From positions 692,203 through 756,202 of the forward strand of contig RHPI01000260.1 of NCBI GenBank assembly GCA_009103225.1: a stretch of DNA of 64,000 bases, written 5' to 3'. A model generated the notes under the pieces. It worked only from the letters and a program-made list of their open reading frames with translations. It was not told the DNA's origin and did not search any database. Within the stretch, counting starts at the first letter, position 1, and every line of letters begins with the position of its first letter. Made by a program: the position numbers and the translations under genes. Shown one piece after another: positions 1-12,910 of the stretch. The stretch is from Chlorokybus atmophyticus (Eukaryota > Plantae > Mesostigma and Chlorokybus algae).

Positions 1-124
1 AGTAGCTTCCTATGCGTAATAGCTGAAGGTTGTTGTACATATTCGTTCACCTTTGATGCTTTATTGCTCCATGACATGTTGGCTCTCTTGCTGCAAGTTT
101 CCTCATAATGTTCTTGTCCTCTAG

Positions 125-1545
125 GCGGTTAAGATTCTAAACTACATCAAGATGTTTGGCAAGCCTATACGTGTAAACAAGGTGCGTGGTAGGAAAGCTG
201 TTGGGCAACTGGGCATGATCTTGACATCCCTTTGTTGACATGTGTATCATGTACAGGCGTCACAAGACAGGAAGCAACTTGATGTTGGTGCCAACCTGTT
301 TATCGGCAACCTCGATCCGGTAAGCGCTGGCTGCCTGAGGGCTGTAGTCAGCGAAAGCCTTTTCGTAATGATAACATCCTGATGTAATGCAGGAAGTGGA
401 CGAGAAGCTGCTGTATGACACGTTCAGTGCGTTTGGCGTGATAGTACAAACACCCAAGGTGAGTGCAGTTTCCAGCCTGCATACGAGGGTTGCACATGGG
501 AAATTGTTTACACTTGGCCCTGTGTAGATCATGAGGGACCCAGACACTGGTAACTCAAGGGGATTTGGTTTCATCAGTTACGATTCGTTTGAGGCTTCTG
601 ATGCAGCCATTGAGGTGAGACACTCTGCCAGGTTATGGTTGCTATTGCGCAGTTTGTGATGTGCTTTGCCTCCTCCAAAACTGCCTGTGCCTGTTCAGGC
701 TATGAACGGTCAATACTTGTGCAACCGTGCAATCACAGTCACATACGCCTACAAGAAGGACACCAAGGGTGAACGGCATGGCACACCAGCAGGTGTGTTG
801 GGATCAGCGACAGGCATTGTGTGGTGGCTCTCCCTGCTACTATGTGTCGTGCTGTTTTGTTTGCCATGGCACTCACACTTGTCATTACTGGGCTCAGAGC
901 GGCTGCTCGCGGCTAACAACCCTGCAGCAAGGAGTCGTCCGCACACGATGTTTGCATCAGCACCCCCAGACGCCAGCATGGCGGCTGCGCCTGCCCCTGT
1001 TCCGACTTATACAGCGCCGCACATGATGCCTCAAGGCATGCCTCCACCACCAAGTAAGTGGCACATCTGCGGGTGTGCGTTGGTTCATTGGTGGCTAGTT
1101 AAATGGACCAGCATCATACCATTGCATTGCACTTTTGTCTGGGAATGTGGCCAATGAAGGGATTATGATGCATACAGTGTGCATGCCAGTCACACAATTG
1201 TGTTGTTTGCTTCTGCCTCCAGTGATGCAGCACCATCCGGGTATGCCGCCACCGTACGCGCCTTACCAGTATGCTCCACCGCCAATGGGCATGCCGCCGC
1301 CCCCGCCGCAGCCATACCAGTATCAGCAACAGGGCATGCCGCCCCCCTTCCGGCCTCCGCCCGGCATGCCTCCACCGCCGCCGCCCCAGCAGCAACCGTT
1401 CAGGCCGCCATCAACCCCGCCCCCGCCTCCACCAGCACAAAACCAGCAGCCTCCTGGCATGCCACCCCCGCCACCCCCGCCAAGCTCAGCAGGTTTCCGA
1501 CCACCGCCGCCAGGCATGCCTCCCCCGCCGCCACCCCCTGCATAG
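125..1545 (+). CDS. SF3B4: Splicing factor 3B subunit 4 (SAP49), 5' part outside the window; exons ~125-181, 257-319, 393-458, 528-614, 699-792, 898-1053, 1223-1545
   Basis: Spliced translation gives [55 protein letters not shown]...[56 protein letters not shown], i.e. the two RRMs of SF3B4, followed by a Pro-rich tail ending at TAG 1545. All introns are GT-AG and phase-consistent. Confidence 0.95.
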
Positions 1546-3094
1546 AGTGTCCACACTATCAGCCGAGTGGAGTCGAGTTGCAACGATTGTGTCTCACAGC
1601 TGAGGGTACCAGTGTGGCGTTGTATTGCATAGGGTGTCAATTGTAGTCTGCATAGATGTACGTGGCACATGAGCTTGTCAATCCCCTGCTGACTAACGGC
1701 ATGACTTTGGGCCAACCCCAGCCTGCCCGTGTTACAAGTCACACTGAGCCACATCTCTGCTGTCAGCTGCTCAGCAGATGGACAGCTCAGTAAAGCAGAT
1801 GCGTTGAGCAGGCCACGCTCTCAGACATTAGCGCTGTAATTCAACTTGAGTGACACTGTTAGGGACACCATGAATCTCAGCGCTAGTAACACTCACAATG
1901 CTAAGTGCGGATCATACCATGGACGACAACGGTCGTCACACAAAAACATTGGCCCCAACATGCACAAGTCGCGTACAGCCTGACATGCCTAGCCTCCACT
2001 ACCACAACACACCAACCCCACCACCCAACCCCACCAGCTACACCTAACCGTCAGCAGCGACACTGCACAATGCAGTGCTGCCGGGCGCACCCCTCTCTGC
2101 CATGTCTGTGGCAGAGAGAGGCGGGGCAAAGGGGCCCTGCCACATCAGCAGCGGCAAGGGTTGCAGTGCAGGCGACCGAGACCGAAGAGAAGGAGGAGGA
2201 AAGGGAGACGGAGGAGGGAGAGAGAAAGGAGGGGGAGGGAGGGAGAGAGGGAGAGAGAGAGGGGAAGGAGGGACGGAGGGAGAGGGAGGGGGAGGGGACA
2301 CATGGGCATGCTGCATGCTGCGTTGAGACTGCTGCACCGCTACAGCCAGTGACGACCGTTGTTGACGCTGCTCTCGTGTCGTGTTGTACAGGTAACTATG
2401 GAGTGCATTGGTTGCATGGCATGCATGACTGACGGGGTGGTAGCGGTAGTGGTGATAGGTGTAGAGATAGGATAGTGTGACAGGTGATAAAGTAGCCCGG
2501 TGGTGTCCTATTGACTGAGTGATGTTGTGTGCTATGCGTGTGTTGTGCATGTGGTGCATGTCGTGCATGTTGTGTGCGTGTGTGTGGGCATGCGTTGCAC
2601 GCAGTCAATCCCCTCCCGGTTCTTTTGTACAACTGCAACGTACGACAGCTCCTTGCAGACATGAACATGCACACTGTTCTCTCCCCAGGAAAAATGTATT
2701 GATAAGCTGTCTGTGGCGTGTATGTGGTAGACGGGAGTGTAACCTCTGTTGCCAAGAGGAAAGACATTTGTATGGATATAACATGGCTTTTACTTTCAGA
2801 AACCTATCTGCAACAAACGCGCAGTCCTGTCTTAGAGCCGTACATACTCGGCGTAAGTGGTAGTTCTTACTACATTACAGTGGGATGTGGTGCGCAGCAT
2901 CTATGCTGCAACAGGAAACTTGGTCAATGGCATTGCTAATCCCGTCCTTTTTTCTTCTGCCTCTTGTCCCTGCACAACATGCAACCAATTGATGCGCATG
3001 AGCTGCTTCTGCCTTGCACGCTTCACGTATGTGTGCTGGTGGACAGTTGTGACATCCAAGGCAACTGTACAGGATGCTGACGACAGCGTAAGGC

Positions 3095-5669
3095 TCACCT
3101 GACTTTGACATTAACCATGCCATTGTGCTTCAGCACCCTCAGGCATTCCCTCTCATACACCCAATTGTGCCTGTTGTCGAATTTGTTGGTCGTCTTCGAC
3201 CTGTGTGTCTTCTTGTAGTAGTGATCCGCAGATTCGGAGAACCCGTATATGTCCACCGACCCGCACAAGTGCACTAATTTTGCAGCAGAAGAGCATCAGC
3301 ACACGCTGCGCGACTGTGTTGTGTACGACTTCATGCAGAGTGTGTCATGTCACCTGCAAGTGCAACGCCCATAAAGCCCGCGCTGAGTTTGCGCTCCCCG
3401 CCGTTGGGCTCTTTGCTGAGACCCATCTTACTGCTGCCTCGTCGCCCCAACACGCGTCGGAAGTAACCAAACTCATAGTCCAGGAAGAGATTCGACAACT
3501 CCAACGCACGCCTGCACAAGCAGGAGTCAGTGGGTTTGTGCAGCTAGCAGCACAACCAGAAAGTACGAGGCATGCGCATGCTTACTTGCACATGCCGCGC
3601 CTGGGCAGCGTGTAGTGCACAAGTATTTCCTTCTTGCCCTGCCTGAACCCGCAGTATTCTATGTTCTGCACCCTCAGTGTGGTCTTGGAACCCACAGCCT
3701 TTGCATGCTCCCCACCTAACACGCCACACGTCAGTCACCACGACAGATACCCCCATATCACACCATCACCACTCCTCAACATGCACAGGATCCACCTGCA
3801 GGCGCATCATTGAAGCGTATGACAGCTGTGTGCGCGTCAATCTCCTTCCCGTACTGCCGCACTTTCATCTCCCCGCCGCTACCCACCACTGCGCATGTGG
3901 ACCAGTCCGCTAGGTACGGGAGGTCCAACTCGGGGCGGCGCCTGGCACCCTCCAGGACATACCTGTGCATTGGGCGTTGTATTGGTTGAGTGTTGCATGA
4001 AGCTGAGCTGGAGAGAGCTGGATTTGTGCTACAAAGCGTGTGTTCAATTGCTCATACCGTTTGCCAGGGCGATTGTTGCGTGAAGGGAAGCTGTCGATTG
4101 GCCGTATGCACCACTTTTCAGCACCCTTCTTGCGGTGTGTCGCGGGATCATATTCGCAACCCTCTTGACTGCAATGGCATGGCATTCTCGTGAGGACTAG
4201 TGGCGAGTTGACTGTATTGTTCGCAAGATTCGAGTTACTCTGGCCATACCTGTATGCAGTAAGCCCGGGGAGGATTGGGCAGGCGCATTTGCCATTGACA
4301 CATAGACGGCCGGGAATGCACTCATCCCGAATCCTGTTGGGAGATCATGTGCTCTAAGCAAGTTGAAGCCACATGTTGTTGCATGTTCCCTGGATGGATG
4401 CGCGCGCTCGTAGGCATGCGCATAGAGCCATGCAAGCACCTCCATGAATCACTTGCACACTCCCAGTGGCAATGTGCAAGCAGCAAGATGCACATACTAC
4501 TCACTTGCACTTGCCGCCGTCTGCAGTAAGCGACGAATTGCGTGCCAAAAGTGCAGCGAGCCTCTTTGATATAGGCGGTGGAGCTGGCACTCAATAGCAA
4601 TCAGAGACAGCTGTTGAGAGCTTCTTGGCGCTGCATAGCTGATCTAGACATTTCATACACGTACCAGGTGGGGGTGAGGCAGGGCTGAGGTGGATGTCGA
4701 GCAGGATATCGCTTGACGTGGTAGTGACGTTGGGGGGCTTCTCAAAGAAATCCGCATCGTCAGTGGTCATCTGGTCGATAGCGGACAAGAATGTGAACTC
4801 ATTGGAGTACAGATCAGAAGTGATCGCCATGGAGCTGTCCTCATCATCCATGTCCTCCTCCTCAACCTCCTCCTCGTCTTCACCGTCATCATCACCATCC
4901 TCAATATCTTCAGCACTGTTTTCTTCTGAGGCACCGGCAAATGCCTCATCAGTGGTGTTGAACACGCTACTCCAGACATTAGGTGCCTCTTCAGGCGAGT
5001 GGTTATCGGCCGAGTCGTCGCCCATTTGCATGATGAAGTCTGTGAGTTTTGACTCGGACTCCTCTCCATCGGCCTCCGCCTGCGCCTCGTCCTCGACGGA
5101 GGTGACATTGAATGCTAATGCACCATCTGGACCTGAGCCGGCCAGCACTGCGTCATATTCGGCGTCTAACCTGGCTTCAAATGCCTTGTCCTCGGCGGAC
5201 TCCTCTTCTTCATCCTCGCTGAAACCCAACTCCTGCACAGGTGACTGGGTCTTAAGCAGGTGTATATGCACGCAAGCACAGTATGCACGCTGCAAAGTAA
5301 ACTGGTGTCATGCAAGTTTTTAGCTGTACGCTAATCAGCGAGGCACAGTCACAAGCATACACAACGCCCGAGCTGCTACTGCTTACTAGTAGCCGCGTGA
5401 GTAACGACAACATCAACGTGAACGTGCTTGAAGCAGCACAGAGGTTATTGCAACCATGCGACCATGATTGATCTTGGAGGCTGTACTGTGTGTGTATGTA
5501 TGCGCACGTGCATGTATGTGTGAGTGCGCGTGTGTGAAAAATGTTGCCTGTACGACACGCGCACACTCACTTGGAGTATTCTTCTGCTGCTCAGCGCCTC
5601 AACCCTAGCGACAGCCAGCAGCAGCAGCAGGCAGAGTGCAACCACCTTCCTCTTCCTCCTTTCCACCAT
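3095..5669 (-). CDS. Glycosyltransferase family 29 (sialyltransferase-like) type II membrane protein with a long acidic stem; multi-exon, middle exons only partly resolved
   Basis: N-terminal signal anchor ([21 protein letters not shown]). Sialylmotif [33 protein letters not shown]...VGSKTTLRV (~3660-3880), motif [13 protein letters not shown], then VDIYGF..HYY and H-x-W-x-x-E (VS-like); stop TGA at 3095-3097. D/E-rich exon ~4665-5234. Confidence 0.8.
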
Positions 5670-7453
5670 TGTGTGTAGGATAACCGGTTACCCTCTTGCA
5701 GTTGACCAATCCACTTACCAAGTCACTTGAGCTCACAGCTTGCAGCTCAATTCAGCACAATCACACGACAGATCAGACCACACCAGGCCAGCAGGCCAGT
5801 GCAAAGCCGGATCAAGTCAGGCCAAAGAGACTTGACACACTGTCAGGATACCAGCCTCCGGGCCTTGAGCGAGGTATAAAGTCAGGCCATGAACGTGGCT
5901 TGAAGCCTGATCGTGCGAGCAGCCCTGCACCACCACACAAGGCCAGGCCGGACAAGACCAGGCCACGCCAGACCAGGCCAGGCGGGAGCGCGAGGGCCAA
6001 AGCAGAGGCAACCGAATTTCTGTGTGTTTCCGTGCAGTTGAGAACGGCGGCTACTGCATGCGGTTAGCCGGCCGTAGTAAAGCGGTAACCGCGGTCCACT
6101 TTAAAGCCGGGGTGTGGCCTCATGTTTTGCAGATCTGATTAAGGGAGGCTCACAACTCGTGTCCCACACGTAAATGACTTCATACAGTTGGCACCTGTGC
6201 ACCTGGTATGTCGTCAGTAGGCTCTGCACTATCGAATAGATGTATTCTGTATGTAACGCATGTCAATAAAGGTATTTATGCTAACATGATGATGAGATTG
6301 GATTATGCATGGGATACAGATCGTAACATGTCATGCACAAACATACGTGCACATGTCATGTTGCATAGCACAGCACACATGAGTATCAAACGTCAGTTTA
6401 TAGACATACAAGGTTACAAATGTGGGGCAAAAATGAAGGTTGGGGCTTAAACAACCGCGAGATAAAAAGTTAGATCATGATATGCAAGTTACATCCCAAT
6501 TTTGAAACCACTACCATGCTTATTTTGCGCTGAATGAAGTTGTGCGGCAGCGCTGCCCCACAAGTTTTTCTCCCTAATGTCCTTTTTACAGAATTGACAA
6601 GAAATATGCAAGCTGCAGGGACTTTTTTGCTTGTAGCTTATTTGCCAGTTGGTTTTTTTATGTAGCAATACTTACACTTGCTTGTCATTGTTATAGTAGC
6701 GCGTTTTGCAATGGTTATTGAACACGCAATGTAGCAAAGAGGCATACAATGAAAGAGTTGATCTTATATACAAATTGCCTAATATGATGCATATATCAAT
6801 GTCTTGATATAAGCAATGTGTGGCTTCATGCGATATTGTGATATACCTTTTTTGTTGCTAGTCATACATGTTCAGATGCATTCTTGATATCACTGCATCT
6901 AAGCGTGCTTGCGTAAGTACCGCAATCTATCCATGCCAGGTGTAAGCACCTGGTTGTTCCCAGCATTTTGCATAATCAAATAAGCTCTCAACTTGAGTCA
7001 CATCTTGTAATGTAGGTATACATAAGTATTTCATCGCAAAGTAATCGTTAACAACGCAATTGATGCGTTTGAATCACAGTTAATGGTGAGGTAATCAAGG
7101 TAGATCAGCAGCACATCTGGCTTTCATTATGCCATGAAACGTTCGTGGCATGCAACCAAGCCCGAAAGACCGAAAATCATGCAGAAGTCGCTGACTCGTG
7201 TGCGCTGGCTGGTCACGTGAGCCATCACTGCCGTCTGTCCGCAGCAACCGTCCGATGCGCACTTAGTATCGCGCCTTGCAGGCCGGCGGTGCTGACTATG
7301 TGCCTTCCAAGACGCCACGTCGTCGTTACTGCTCAATGGACCCCAAGCCATTATCCAACCTCTATACGGGATCTCAAGAACTTTTCGCCGTAGCGGAGTA
7401 CCGCGGAAGAAAGTCCCGCAAACTTTATGCGGCATTGTGGCTGGGGCTTGAAT

Positions 7454-7461
7454 TAGGGTTT
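7454..7461 (-). promoter_or_regulatory. Telo-box (AAACCCTA on the minus strand) about 40 bp upstream of the HCF244 start
   Basis: TAGGGTTT at 7454-7461, an exact match to the plant telo-box; an 8-mer alone is weak evidence. Confidence 0.3.
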
Positions 7462-7498
7462 GTTGTTGCTGCATTGTGCAGGCGGCCACGTGGCAGCA

Positions 7499-10312
7499 AT
7501 GGCGGCGGCGACAATGCAGGCGTTGGGGGCGAGGTCCGTCGCGACGCCGTCGTCGAGTACCTCAACGTCGCCGACGCCCCTCATCAGGCAGGCAGCGAAG
7601 GCCGGCGGCAGAGTGCATGCCTTCGCCGCTCCTGCTCCTGGGCTGCGTGGGAGCCTGGCTGGCGCAAGAGTGGCGCAGAAGAACGGCGCAGTATCTGCGG
7701 CGGCCGCCCCGCAGTCTTCTCGCCGTGTTACCACGTCTGCCGCCGTCCTGGATGCCGCCGCCATCCCCACGTCCGGCACTCCTGTTCGCAACACCAGCAT
7801 CCTGGTGATCGGCGCCACCGGCACGCTTGGCAGACAGGTCAGCATGCATACACACAGGTGTGTCAACCACATTGTTGCCTCAAGTACAATGCAGCTCGTT
7901 CTGAGCACAATGCAGCCTGCACTGAGCACAATGCAGCTTACACAAAGCAAGCTGCATTGTGCTCAAAGTGCAACAGGCATTCGCTTTGAACGTGTATCAG
8001 AAATGGGGCGACACCATGTTGTAAACTCCACCGCAAGTGACCCATCGAGCGCCTAGCACTCATGTCACGCCAAGCATTGGGTGCGCTTGGATCACACTTC
8101 GCAATGTGCAGCTACTGCTGTCATGAATGCGCGTGTTGAAAGACATTGCACCACCGTTACACAGTGCGCATGGACGGTGGTTGTTTTTGTCAATGACCAG
8201 GCAGTGGTGGCATACTGTCTATTGCAAGGCATTGTCTGGTCTGTCAAATCTTTGATCAGGTTGCAATGGGACATGCCAACATATTGCCATTGCTGATTTT
8301 GCTTTTGCGGCCATTATCAGGTTGTGCGCCGTGCACTCGATGAGGGTTATGATGTGCGCTGTCTTGTACGTCCCCGTCAGAACCCTGCAGACTTCCTGAG
8401 AGACTGGGGTGCAACCACTGTACAGGTGCGAGTGCGGTACATTGCCTGCATGCATGCGGCAGCTCAATGTGCACCCTGTCACACGCCAACCTGTTGCCCG
8501 TCGATGATAACCTCTGCTCTGGTTGCCTACTTTTGTGTGCATGTGCACATGTGATTTAGCACATGCTGCACGGCACCCAATGTAGAGTTTGGGCGCAACA
8601 CCAGCGAGTAATGTATCGCAGCATCTATAAACATAAGCAGATTAGGTGGCAATCAAGCATGGCAGCAGTATTTAATTGCTCATGTGCTCACTCAGGGAGA
8701 CTTGCTGAAGCCCGAGTCATTGCCAGCCGCGTTGGTGGGTATCCACACCATCATTGATTGTGCCACTGGCCGACCAGAGGAGCCTATTGCCAAGGTAAGG
8801 GCACAAATCAATGCAGGGCATGCACCAGTGAATTGAAGTGGCTGCCTTGTGTTGCAAGTAACATTGTCATTGCACTGATAGTGTTGTGAGCAAGTGTAAT
8901 GCTGTGTTTGGTGTAGCATATTCATGGCAGGTGGTGCAGAGAACTTCAGGTTCTGCTGGTGTTGTTGCACGTGCACTGCATGAGCTTGGCTTGCATGGCA
9001 GGTTGACTGGGATGGCAAGGTTGCTCTGATCCAGACTGCCAAGGCCATGGGCATTCAGAGATATATCTTCTTCTCCATCTTCGGTTGCGAAAGGCATCCG
9101 GAAGTGCCACTGATGGAGATCAAGCATTGCACAGAACAGTTCCTGGAGTCGTCAGGGCTGAATTACACAGTCTTCCGGCTATGTGGTTTTATGCAGGTAT
9201 GGTGTAGCACAAGAGTTGTGCGATGCCATCAGTATATGAGCTGCAAGTGTGGTCAGTGTCACATTGTCCATATACGCACAAGACTCCATGCTGTGGGGTG
9301 ACTACATGTAACCCCCTGTTGTCGTATCACTAGGCCTTGATCAGTCAGTATGCCGTTCCTATTCTGGAGGACAAGACTGTCTGGGGCACAGATGCGCAGA
9401 CTCGCATTGCCTACACTGATGCACAGGTAAGGCCGGCCTAAAGGTTTTGTTGCACAGCTGCTAGCAGATCCTTAACCACGTTGCCTGTCTAGGACGTTGC
9501 AAGATGGACGTTGGCTGCTTTGCGAACACCATCCGCCGAGCGAGCCACCATGACACTTGCAGGTCCACGAGCGTGGACTACTCAAGAGGTGTGTGGTCAT
9601 GGCAAAATCTGTTGAGTTGAGCCACTGCATGTTGTGTGCGCCCAGCTGCCTGCATAGGGAGTTTGCCCTGTTGATGGGTGTTGTTGGGTGAAGGGGCCCT
9701 TGCACAAATGCCACTCTGATGATGCAGGTGATTGCTTTGTGCGAAAGACTTGCTGGTGCTGATGCCAAGATTACAACAGTCCCTCTGGGCCTGTTGCGGG
9801 TAAGTGTCATAAAGTGTGGTGTTGACCCTGCACGAGAACACTGCGGCATTTGCACTGGACTCTGATACATTTGCAAGTCGGCATTTTGCCGGAGCTGAGC
9901 CAAGTCCACTCCACCATTGCCTGCTGCACATTTAAAGCTGGGCGCTTGCCTTACACTGGATCATGCAGGCTACACGCACGGCGGCGAAGTGGTTCAAGTG
10001 GACTTCTGATGTTGCTGACAGGCTGGCATTCTCTGAGGTAAGTTGCATGCTCTGTCAACAGTTGCGGGGCAGGTCGAATCAACTACACAGCCATGTTACC
10101 TAGTCATTTGCCAAAGGGGTTTTCGTTCACTGCAGGTGCTGACTGGCAATGAAGTTTTTGCTGTGCCAATGGACCAGACATACACGCAGCTGGGGTTGAA
10201 TGCTGCAGATACGACGACGCTGGAGGCTTACCTGCAAGAGTATTACTCACGCATCCTCAAAAGGCTCAAGGAGGTCAAGGGTTCAAGCAGACAAGGTGAC
10301 ATATACTTCTAG
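7499..10312 (+). CDS. HCF244: HCF244/Ycf39 (NmrA-like atypical SDR, photosystem II assembly factor) with chloroplast transit peptide; exons 7499-7837, 8321-8425, 8696-8794, 9002-9196, 9334-9426, 9493-9588, 9728-9799, 9969-10037, 10136-10312
   Basis: Ala/Ser-rich N-terminus, then [102 protein letters not shown] and C-terminal [20 protein letters not shown]. Nine phase-consistent exons. Confidence 0.95.
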
Positions 10313-10916
10313 CTTTGGCTGTAATTCATACAGCCAGTTTTGTTAGTTCAAGTGTCTTCGACCGTGTATTGATATCTTATATAGTCGCAGCACACATAAA
10401 TCTCTTTGGTGTTACACCTTACGCTGCAATTTTTGAACTTCTGGTTTCGTGTCTGAATCACCACGCAGCCAACTGTAACCAGCTTTGCAAGTGACGTATT
10501 TTCACCACCATAGCTACACTAGCTGCAACTCAAACACTGCAATGCGACTATTGATGGAGTTCTGCTGTGTGGGGTGGCGGAGATTGTCATGGTTTGCTTG
10601 CTATCTTGCTATCTTCAAGAATCGCATGTGTCACTCCGAGATGATGTCATGTAGCTTGCACATGGCTAAGTTGTGCGCAGGTACGTGCATGCATGCACGC
10701 ATGGCTGGGGCGTGGTGAAAAAAGTGCTGCATCTTTTCCGTGTGCCAAGCATTTGGAGCGCTGAGCAAAAGATTGCTGGGTACATGGAGAATTCTCTACT
10801 TGTCATTAAGCACAGACGTACAGTGGGCACCAGTCATGACCATGGCTGTCTAAGCGCACACATAACAGCAATAACGTCCTGCACAGAGCCACGCACACTA
10901 GCACGCTAGCACGCAA

Positions 10917-12100
10917 CTACCCGCGCTCCGCAGCGCCTGCGAGCACCGCATCCTCCTCTGCCGTCGGGGGCACCGTCCGTAGTGGCGCCCATCCCGGCAC
11001 GGCCGCCACAGCCGCTGCACCCCGCTCGAGCAGCGCCAACGCCTGCGCCCGCTGCAGGGCGCAGGCCACCCTCTGACGATACATGGCGACGAACCCCCCC
11101 AGACGGCCGAGGGCTAGGCCACGCGTGTAGACTGCCTGCCGGGCGCACTTCGCGAGCAGCGCGTTGAACGCCCCGCCCAAGGTCCCCTGCGTCTCCGCCG
11201 CCAGCGGTATAAACTCGTCCGTGGGCGGGTGGTCGGCGTACTTGCGCCGCTTCGCCTGCTCCGCCTCCTTCGCCGCCCCTCCCGGTCGCTGGCCCGGTGC
11301 GGTGACGGTCACGTCCAACAACCAACGTCGGTCGCGCCCCGGCTCGGAGGCGACCAAATCAATGCGACGGCCGTGAGTCTCGCCGGGTCGTATGGGCATG
11401 AACCCGGTCTGCTCCCTACTCACGACGTACCCAGCGTCACGCAGGATCACGTACACTTCGTCGCGCAACGCGTCATGCGTTGCCGTTCGCCCTCTCCCCA
11501 CCGGGCATCGGAGGAGGTGGGTCCCCTCCGTCGTCAGCGTGACGCCACACAAACAGCGCTCGACGGCCGCCAGAATGGGATGCGGCAGCCCCAAACGTAT
11601 GCGCAAGGCCGTCCTAAAAACGTCCGCCGACAGTTGAAGCGCCGGAAAAAGCGGCATGGTTGTGAGCCACGCCCCCGCGCCCACTCCGGACGCCGACAGT
11701 CGGCGCGCCGTATCGTCGGTGGTAGCACCGTCCTCGAACACCGCCAGGACGCGGGCGTCAACCTTCGTCGACAGGGACTCTTGCAGCTTCGTCGACACCG
11801 TGCGCGCCATCGACGGGAGTAGGGGGCGCGCCTCCGGTGGCAACCAGCCACAGGCCGACTTCAAGTCCTGTCGAAACGGCAGTTCCCCATCGTCGACACC
11901 GTCGACGGCCGCCAGAAAAACGGCGTCCGCCGGCACCGTAAACCGTCGGCGCAGTAGTGCCGCGACGGACGCCCAACCACCCAAAAACGCGGCCGGCGCG
12001 TGCAGCGCAGTGCTGCGCAAACCCACGCCGCCCGCCGACACCGGCAGGGCCGCTTGCGCCGTCGTGCGCGTCTGGCGCGCCTCCGATCCCGGCCACCGAA
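10917..12100 (-). mobile_element. 5'-truncated non-LTR retrotransposon with CCHC finger and restriction-like endonuclease (CRE/R2-type architecture); RT core missing
   Basis: GC-rich intronless ORF: post-RT QAALPVSAGGVGLRS, SASGVGAGAWL, FRTALRIRLGL, CLCG...HLLRC, RTATHDALRD, PD-(D/E)xK-like RIDL...LLDVTV...EQAKRRKY, PLAAETQGTLG. GC content drops sharply at both ends. Confidence 0.85.
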
Positions 12101-12910
12101 TTACTACTGATGCAAGCATCAAGCATCGACAACTTGTGCATTGACGTTTTATACCTATAATGCTTCTGATGTATATAGGATTTCCATTAGTTCTCATGCA
12201 CAACATGCAATGAAAGCACACGGCCACAAGCAAGTGCAAGCTCAAGCACGCAAAGGCAGCAGACCTAAGGGCAGGCAAAGTATTCAGGCTGGGGCAACCT
12301 AACACTATGTGCTGTAGCTAAGTGCATGTGCATGAAGCAGATGAGGCGGGTGCAGGCAGTGTAGCAGGCAAGTAGCGGTAGCAACCTCCATATATTTAAA
12401 GCAATAGATGCAAATAAAGAAATTGCGCGCGCACACACCCTGGCATCACACAATTTGGGGGATAGTTATACCTATAATGACTATTTGATGGGAATTTATT
12501 CGATTCAATGGCAACACAATGCTGAACAAGTGCGCCACACTTTGTTGGACGTGGCGGTTCTTTTGGCATGAAGGCCGCGCAGCTGATGCACGCTACCCAC
12601 GCACTTGCACTTGCAATGACATCGAGTAATATGGTTTGGCCCCCGTGGGCTAGAGGTGGTGGTGTGTGAAGAAAGTGTCGTGCTGTGGGTGTTTATTTTG
12701 TTTGTGCGCTTTGCATAGGATGTTGCATTATGAATTCATATTCCCCATGATAGCGCTCACTTGAGAGGTTGTCGTTCGTGTTCGTATTTTTGGAGTTGGT
12801 TGCGCTTAATGATCGCTATGGCTTCAACACTGGGACCTTGTGCACTTGCCTAATAATACACACATATATATTTATTTATATGGATATATATATATATTTA
12901 TTTATTTATA

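Noticed and set aside
1114-2568. Overlapping Gly/Pro/Arg-rich ORFs on both strands
   Set aside because: They are shadow frames of the SF3B4 poly-Pro tail and of a purine-rich (GGA/GAG) low-complexity tract.
1960-2600. Possible MITE family shared with ~41040-41550 (common TAGCCCGGTGGT and CATGCATGACT words, purine-rich core)
   Set aside because: Similarity is limited to short words, and no convincing TIR or TSD could be defined by eye.
4694-5323. 209-aa Ser-rich plus-strand ORF
   Set aside because: It is the antisense shadow of the acidic GT29 exon.
7884-7940. 21-bp tandem repeat (GAGCACAATGCAGC core) in HCF244 intron 1
   Set aside because: Ordinary intronic minisatellite.
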